The position numbers and the translations under genes are program-made. This document shows positions 58,685 to 64,000 of a stretch of DNA of 64,000 nt, one piece after another. The notes under the pieces were generated by a model. That model was given only the letters and a program-made list of their open reading frames with translations. It was not told the DNA's origin and did not search any database. Source of the DNA: an uncultured Verrucomicrobiae bacterium (GTDB lineage: Bacteria; Verrucomicrobiota; Verrucomicrobiia; Chthoniobacterales; Chthoniobacteraceae); the NCBI GenBank assembly GCA_963769025.1, contig CAVYKI010000002.1, positions 160,001 to 224,000 on the forward strand, written 5' to 3'. Positions within the stretch are counted from its first letter, which is position 1, and every line of letters starts with the position of its first letter.

Positions 58685-59500
58685 TTACTCGGAGGCTTTC
58701 ACCTCGTCCCAGATCGCGTCCAGTTCCGCGAGGGTCATTTTCTCCAACGAGAGGTTTCGATGCCGCGCGATGGCTTCGATCTTGCGGAAGCGGGAGCTGA
58801 ATTTGTTCGTCGCACCTTGCAGTGCGACTTCGCCATCCACCTTCAGCTTGCGGGCAAGGTTGACGACTGCGAACAACAGGTCCCCGATTTCGCCCTCGAC
58901 CTTTTGCGGGTCAGAAAGGACTGCTTCGACCTCGGCGAGTTCCTCGCGGATCTTCGCGATGACGGGAGCCAACTCGTTCCAGTCGAAGCCGACTTTCGCC
59001 GCGCGCTTCTGAATTTTTTCGGCGCGGAGCAACCCAGGCAGCCCATCGCTGATTCCGTCGAGCACGGACTCGTGGCTCGCGCCCTTTTCCTCACGTTTGA
59101 TTTCCTCCCAGCGGGTGAGCACGGCGGCGGAGTCGGCGGCGTTTTCCGAACCGAAGACGTGCGGATGCCGGCGCACGAGCTTCTGCACGATGCCCGTCGC
59201 CACGGCATCGAAATCCCAGCCGCCCCGCTCGCTGGCCATCTGGGCGTGGAAGACAACCTGCAGCAGCAGGTCGCCCAGTTCCTCACGGAGGTTTGCATCG
59301 TCATCCGCGGAGATCGCCGCGGCCACCTCGTAGGCCTCCTCGATCACGGACACGCGCAATGTTGCGTGCGTCTGCTCGCGGTCCCACGGGCAGCCGTCCG
59401 GCGCACGCAGCCGGGCCATGATTCGCAGCAATTGATCGAGCGGCGAGAACCTCGGGTCGAGGGCATTGGCGGCGGTCTGCGGCAGTGGCGCGTCTGTCAT
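58685..59500 (-). CDS. mazG: Nucleoside triphosphate pyrophosphohydrolase MazG
   Basis: LRAPDGCPWDREQT, EELGDLL, RRHPHVF, VGFDW, EIGDLLF. Confidence 0.95.
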   Translation of the reverse strand: MTDAPLPQTAANALDPRFSPLDQLLRIMARLRAPDGCPWDREQTHATLRVSVIEEAYEVAAAISADDDANLREELGDLLLQVVFHAQMASERGGWDFDAVATGIVQKLVRRHPHVFGSENAADSAAVLTRWEEIKREEKGASHESVLDGISDGLPGLLRAEKIQKRAAKVGFDWNELAPVIAKIREELAEVEAVLSDPQKVEGEIGDLLFAVVNLARKLKVDGEVALQGATNKFSSRFRKIEAIARHRNLSLEKMTLAELDAIWDEVKASE

Positions 59501-59537
59501 GGCGCGCCTTGTAGAGGCACCTTTGTGTTCCGCCACG

Positions 59538-60215
59538 TCAAATCTGCCACTTCCGCCGAGGGCCGAAATCGGTGAATTCGCCGGGCAGGCGGACAGCGGC
59601 CCAATAGGAGATGGCCACGACCGCGGTGAACGTGGAAAAGAAAAAGAACGCCACAAGCCAGCCGGGGATGGATGTCCCCACGCTCAGCGCCTGGTAAAAA
59701 GATCCCCATCCGTCAATCGCAGGTTCCGCATGGAGGAAAAGCTTCGTGAGCCACGCGACGAGAATGATGATGTAGATGAAAACGTAGTTGCGTTTCAACC
59801 GGCGGCCTAGCGCCTCCCACTTCGAGATTTTGAAGCCCGGCAGCAGCAAGTCCTCCGCGAGGAGCTTGCGCCAGTCGCCCTCGAGCGCGGACGCCTTTTG
59901 CATGACCACCGGGACTAGGAAATGGGCTTCGATCATGCGCACACGTGCGCGGAAGGCGTCGTAAAACCGGTAACGCCGCGCCTCGATCCAGAGCATGATG
60001 GTGACGATGGCGATGTTGAAGAGGAAGATGATGTGCGGGACGCGCACGATGGAAAACGCGACGGTGAAAATGGTCGAGGTGGCGGTGATGGCCCAGTTCG
60101 TCGTGTTGTCCAGACGCGCGCGCCATGCCATGATCCTGCCGACTTCGCCGCGGTAGAAATGCGACATCGCCGTCATGTAGTTTGAGTCGGCGCGCGGTGG
60201 CGGTTGGTCGCTCAT
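59538..60215 (-). CDS. DUF2270 membrane protein
   Basis: HFYRGE...WRARLDNTTNWA, IEARRYRFY. Confidence 0.88.
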   Translation of the reverse strand: MSDQPPPRADSNYMTAMSHFYRGEVGRIMAWRARLDNTTNWAITATSTIFTVAFSIVRVPHIIFLFNIAIVTIMLWIEARRYRFYDAFRARVRMIEAHFLVPVVMQKASALEGDWRKLLAEDLLLPGFKISKWEALGRRLKRNYVFIYIIILVAWLTKLFLHAEPAIDGWGSFYQALSVGTSIPGWLVAFFFFSTFTAVVAISYWAAVRLPGEFTDFGPRRKWQI

Positions 60216-60246
60216 ACCTCGGAATTGCGGGCATTGCCCAGTCGGT

Positions 60247-61092
60247 TCACTTTTGTTCCTTCCTCAACAGGTTTTCCCGCGCCTGTTCGAGCCGGGCGCG
60301 TTCGTCCGAAGAAAGGCTTGCCAGTCCCTTCCGTGCGATTTTTTCCAGCAATGCGTCCACCTCGCTGTCCAGTTCGTCCGGAGGCGCGTCATCGAATCCC
60401 TCGGATCGGCCCCGGGCGGGCTCGCGTGGGACGACCCGGAATGCGGGCTTGCGGCTCGCCCAGCGGAGTCTCGGAAATGCCCAGTGGCCTTGCTCGTAGC
60501 GCGTGTAGAGATGCGCTGCGGCGCAGGCGGACAGAAAGACGGTGAGCAGATCCCAGCGGTGGTCGGGGAAATACATCAGGGAATTCAGCACGATCCCCGC
60601 GAAGGCGAGCCACTTCATCGTGATCCAGTTCCAGAGCTCGGCATTCGGATAAAGCGTCGCGTAGGCGATGAAGAGGCCGATGGAAAGATTGCTCGCGCCG
60701 GCCAGCAAGATGCGATGCCCGCCCATCCACCACGCCGAAGCCGTGAGCACCGGCACGAGGCACAGCAGGAAGACGAGCCGCAGGAAAACCCGGCGCCCGA
60801 GATACGTCTCAACGCCGACGCCGAACCAATACGCGAACAGAATCCCGAACACGTAGAAGAAGCTCGGGTAGTCGATCAGCGGATGCGTGAAGAGCTGCCA
60901 GAGGTACGCCTTTTTCCAAAATGCCTGCGGCTCGAATGCGATGACGTTGATGTCGAATCGCGCCGACGTCAGCAGCACGGTGGCGATCATTCCGGCCACC
61001 AGCACCGCGACGAGGATGCTCGAGGCGTAAACCGGTACCCGGCCCAGCCACGTGAGCGGCGACGTGTCGGATTTGCCAGTGGAGTCAGACAT
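60247..61092 (-). CDS. Rhomboid-like membrane protein with a C-terminal DUF6576-like domain
   Basis: WQLFTH, GVETYLG, LAGAS; VDALLEKIARKGLASLS..ER..L. Confidence 0.78.
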   Translation of the reverse strand: MSDSTGKSDTSPLTWLGRVPVYASSILVAVLVAGMIATVLLTSARFDINVIAFEPQAFWKKAYLWQLFTHPLIDYPSFFYVFGILFAYWFGVGVETYLGRRVFLRLVFLLCLVPVLTASAWWMGGHRILLAGASNLSIGLFIAYATLYPNAELWNWITMKWLAFAGIVLNSLMYFPDHRWDLLTVFLSACAAAHLYTRYEQGHWAFPRLRWASRKPAFRVVPREPARGRSEGFDDAPPDELDSEVDALLEKIARKGLASLSSDERARLEQARENLLRKEQK

Positions 61093-61222
61093 TGTGGATC
61101 TAGCTAACCGCATTTTGCGCCTTCGGCAAACCGTGAATCGTCTCTTGCCGCCAAATCGCGCGTAGCGTTTCGCAATCCGAGGGTTGCCCGGTGCCGGATC
61201 AATCGCCAATGTGCGTGCCGTC

Positions 61223-62995
61223 ATGGGCAAACAATCAGGGTCAAGTTCACAGGGTTTCAATGCGAGCGTCCGGGCATTCGTCGAGGATTACCGGGCGCTT
61301 TGCCATCCGGATGCCATTTTCTGGTGCGACGGATCGGAGGAGGAAAAGGAGCATCTCACCCGCGAGGCCGTCGCGCAGGGGGTGCTCACGCCGCTGAATC
61401 AGGAAAAGCTGCCGGGCTGCTACTACCATCGGTCAAACGCGAATGATGTCGCGCGAGTCGAGCAGCTCACTTTCATCTGCACTCAGAGCCGCGACAACGC
61501 GGGGCCGACGAACAACTGGGCCGATCCTCGCGAGATGCTGACAAAAATGCGGGGGATGCTCGATGGCGCGATGCGCGGGCGCACGATGTATGTCATCCCA
61601 TATCTGATGGGCCCGCCGGGATCGCCGCTCGCGAAGGTGGGCATCGAGCTCACGGACAGCATCTATGTCGTGCTGAACATGCGCATCATGGCCCGCATGG
61701 GCGAGATCGCGCTGCTGCAACTCGGGGAGTCGGACGACTTCAACCGCGGCATCCACAGCACGCTCGACGTCAATCCCGAGCGCCGCTTCATCTGCCACTT
61801 CCCGCGGGAGAACATGATCATCAGCGTCGGAAGCGGCTACGGCGGGAACGTGCTGCTCGGGAAAAAATGCCTCGCGCTGCGCATCGGCTCATGGCTCGGG
61901 CGTCAGCATGGCTGGCTCGCGGAGCACATGCTCATCCTCTGCGTCGAGTCGCCGGAAGGGGAGAAGACGTACGTCGCCGCGGCATTTCCCAGCGCGTGCG
62001 GGAAGACGAACTTCGCGATGCTGATCCCGCCCGCGCCATTCGAGGGATGGAAGGTCACGACCATCGGCGATGACATCGCGTGGATGTGGGCGGACAAGGA
62101 CGGCAAGCTGCGCGCGATCAATCCCGAGAACGGCTACTTCGGCGTAGCGCCCGGAACGAACTACGCGACAAACCCGAACGCGATGCGCTCGATCGAGCGC
62201 GACACGATTTACACGAACGTCGCGCTGCTTCCCGACGGCGACGTGTGGTGGGAGGGCAAGGACGGTCCGCCGCCCGCGGAGGCCACTGACTGGCAGGGCA
62301 ATCCGTGGACTCCCGCCTCGGCGGAAAAGGCCGCGCACCCGAATTCGCGCTTCACCGCGCCGATGGCGAACAACCCCGCGCTCGCGACCGAGGTGAACAA
62401 TCCCGACGGCGTTCCCATCAGCGCCATCATCTTCGGCGGCCGCCGCGCGACGACGATGCCGCTCGTGTTCCAGGCCTTCAACTGGATCCACGGCGTCTAT
62501 CTCGGCGCCACGATGGGCAGCGAGACCACCGCCGCGGCCGCGGGCGCCGTTGGCCAGGTGCGCCGCGACCCGATGGCGATGCTTCCGTTCTGCGGCTACC
62601 ACATGGCCGACTATTTCAACCACTGGCTGCAAATGCGCCGCCAGCTCAGCGACCCGCCGCGCATCTTCCACGTGAACTGGTTTCGCAAGGACACCGCGGG
62701 CAAGTTCCTCTGGCCCGGTTTCGGCGAGAATTTCCGCGTGCTGAAGTGGATCGTGGATCGCTGCCACGGCCGCGGCCGGGCGCGCGAAACGCAGGTGGGC
62801 TGGATGCCACGGTACGCGGAGTTCGACTGGCGCGGGCTCGACTATCCGCGTGAGCGCTGGGACGAGCTGATGAAATTCGACAACGCCGAGTGGCAGCGCG
62901 AGCTGCTCTGGCACAGCGAATTTTTCCTGAAGCTCCACGATCGCCTGCCCAAGGAATTCATCTTCCAGCGCGAACTCCTCATCTCGCGACTCTAG
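61223..62995 (+). CDS. pckG: Phosphoenolpyruvate carboxykinase (GTP)
   Basis: [50 protein letters not shown]. Confidence 0.97.
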   Translation: MGKQSGSSSQGFNASVRAFVEDYRALCHPDAIFWCDGSEEEKEHLTREAVAQGVLTPLNQEKLPGCYYHRSNANDVARVEQLTFICTQSRDNAGPTNNWADPREMLTKMRGMLDGAMRGRTMYVIPYLMGPPGSPLAKVGIELTDSIYVVLNMRIMARMGEIALLQLGESDDFNRGIHSTLDVNPERRFICHFPRENMIISVGSGYGGNVLLGKKCLALRIGSWLGRQHGWLAEHMLILCVESPEGEKTYVAAAFPSACGKTNFAMLIPPAPFEGWKVTTIGDDIAWMWADKDGKLRAINPENGYFGVAPGTNYATNPNAMRSIERDTIYTNVALLPDGDVWWEGKDGPPPAEATDWQGNPWTPASAEKAAHPNSRFTAPMANNPALATEVNNPDGVPISAIIFGGRRATTMPLVFQAFNWIHGVYLGATMGSETTAAAAGAVGQVRRDPMAMLPFCGYHMADYFNHWLQMRRQLSDPPRIFHVNWFRKDTAGKFLWPGFGENFRVLKWIVDRCHGRGRARETQVGWMPRYAEFDWRGLDYPRERWDELMKFDNAEWQRELLWHSEFFLKLHDRLPKEFIFQRELLISRL

Positions 62996-63041
62996 CACCC
63001 GGAGCGCGGCGGAGTTTCGCCCCGCGCCGGCGGGCGATCCG

Positions 63042-63578
63042 CTACGAGCCTACCTCGGCGCCGCCGGCGGTGTATTGGTGGAGACGGGACTCGAGTTTCG
63101 CGATGATGACTTCGGCGCTCTCCCGGGCGCGCCGCTCTTCGAGCAGCGCCGTTTCCAGTTCGCGGATCCGCTGCTGGAGATTCAGGCGGATGCTGCTCGG
63201 GCGCGTGGAAATGGAAACGTCCGGCGCAGGTGCGGGGTTCAGCAGGGAGGGCGGGAGGAGATCCCGCACGCGCATGCGTGAGGCGTCCTTGCAATTCGTC
63301 ACGATGTTTTCGGGTGTGATTTCGCCCGCAGCGATAAACTCGGCAATCGCCCCGATCGTGGTCGGGCCGTAGTATTGCTCCTCGCCGACCTCGACGAGGT
63401 AGTCCATCTGGAGTTCCGGCAGCATTGGCGCCTTGATCCAGTTCTTTTGATCCGTCGATACGCGGTCGAGCGGCGAGACTTGCGCATCGGCCGCCCATTG
63501 CTGGAGCTGTTTGAAGGAGAGGGGGCCAAAAAGAGACCCGTCGCTTGCTTTGCGGAGATACCAGGCACTGTCATCCAT
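63042..63578 (-). CDS. Protein with tandem GYF_2-like domains and a C-terminal coiled coil
   Basis: WYL.....FGP.....L and Y......YYGP repeats, then LQQRIRELETALLEERR. Confidence 0.65.
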   Translation of the reverse strand: MDDSAWYLRKASDGSLFGPLSFKQLQQWAADAQVSPLDRVSTDQKNWIKAPMLPELQMDYLVEVGEEQYYGPTTIGAIAEFIAAGEITPENIVTNCKDASRMRVRDLLPPSLLNPAPAPDVSISTRPSSIRLNLQQRIRELETALLEERRARESAEVIIAKLESRLHQYTAGGAEVGS

Positions 63579-63579
63579 G

Positions 63580-64000
63580 TTACTGTCCTTCTTTCTTGGG
63601 GGTTGGGGGAGGAAGCAGAAGCTGCTGTCCGATTTGAAGTTTTTTCGGGTCCGTGATGCGGTTGATTTTCTGCAGTTCTACAACCGTGGTGCCGTGCAAT
63701 TTCGCGATCTTCTCCAGCGACTCGCCTTTTACGACGATATGCACGTTGGGGGCTGTACGCGGGGCGACGGGCCGCGCGACTGGGATTGCAAATTCGGTGC
63801 TGTCGGGTGCTGTTGGCGCGGTGCGTCCCACGGTGGGCGATGCAGCCTCGGTCGTTCCTTCGATCCGCGCGCTCAGCCGTGCGATTTGCGCCGTCAGCGT
63901 CTCGATTTGTTTCGCCTGCTGGTCCACGAGCTGCTGCAGCGCCTTCACTTCACCGGCCAGCCCATCTTGTGCAAGCAGCGTGGAGGATGATGGGATTGCC
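63580..64000 (-). CDS. LysM peptidoglycan-binding protein (5' end outside the window)
   Basis: HIVVKGESLEKIAK.HGTTV.EL..INRITDPKKLQIGQQL; the frame is open to the window edge. Confidence 0.9.
   Translation of the reverse strand, partial: AIPSSSTLLAQDGLAGEVKALQQLVDQQAKQIETLTAQIARLSARIEGTTEAASPTVGRTAPTAPDSTEFAIPVARPVAPRTAPNVHIVVKGESLEKIAKLHGTTVVELQKINRITDPKKLQIGQQLLLPPPTPKKEGQ

Overview
High-GC (about 65%) bacterial chromosomal segment. Gene style points to Verrucomicrobiota (Spartobacteria/Chthoniobacter-like); this is inference. Many conserved genes are broken by single-base indels that look like long-read consensus errors, so several CDS calls are stitched across frames. Contents in order: a DUF1549/DUF1553 planctomycete-cytochrome protein; a SAM-I riboswitch-led operon (thrC-like PLP enzyme, MoaD/ThiS sulfur carrier, NIL protein); an HTH-REC regulator; gatCA; an ECF sigma cassette; gltBD; an accessory patch (13 x 21-bp tandem array, an unknown helical protein with a Trp/Gly-rich N-terminal leader, low-GC secreted orphans); an SDR and a sugar ABC transporter; a TonB-dependent uptake operon headed by a DUF2946-like CxxC/polyproline ORF; ilvB; an unannotated 57-aa Cys-rich secreted protein; a 20-kb respiratory supercluster (alternative complex III actA-G, a CcoN-like protein that has lost its metal ligands, a CcoO-like protein, c-type cytochromes, an aa3-type oxidase and its assembly genes) behind a perfect Rex/CRP-type palindrome; then trpC, mazG, rhomboid, pckG and LysM genes. 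Best leads: the ligand-less CcoN/CcoO module inside the ACIII-oxidase operon, the 21-bp array with its adjacent gene, and the riboswitch-controlled sulfur-carrier route to homocysteine.
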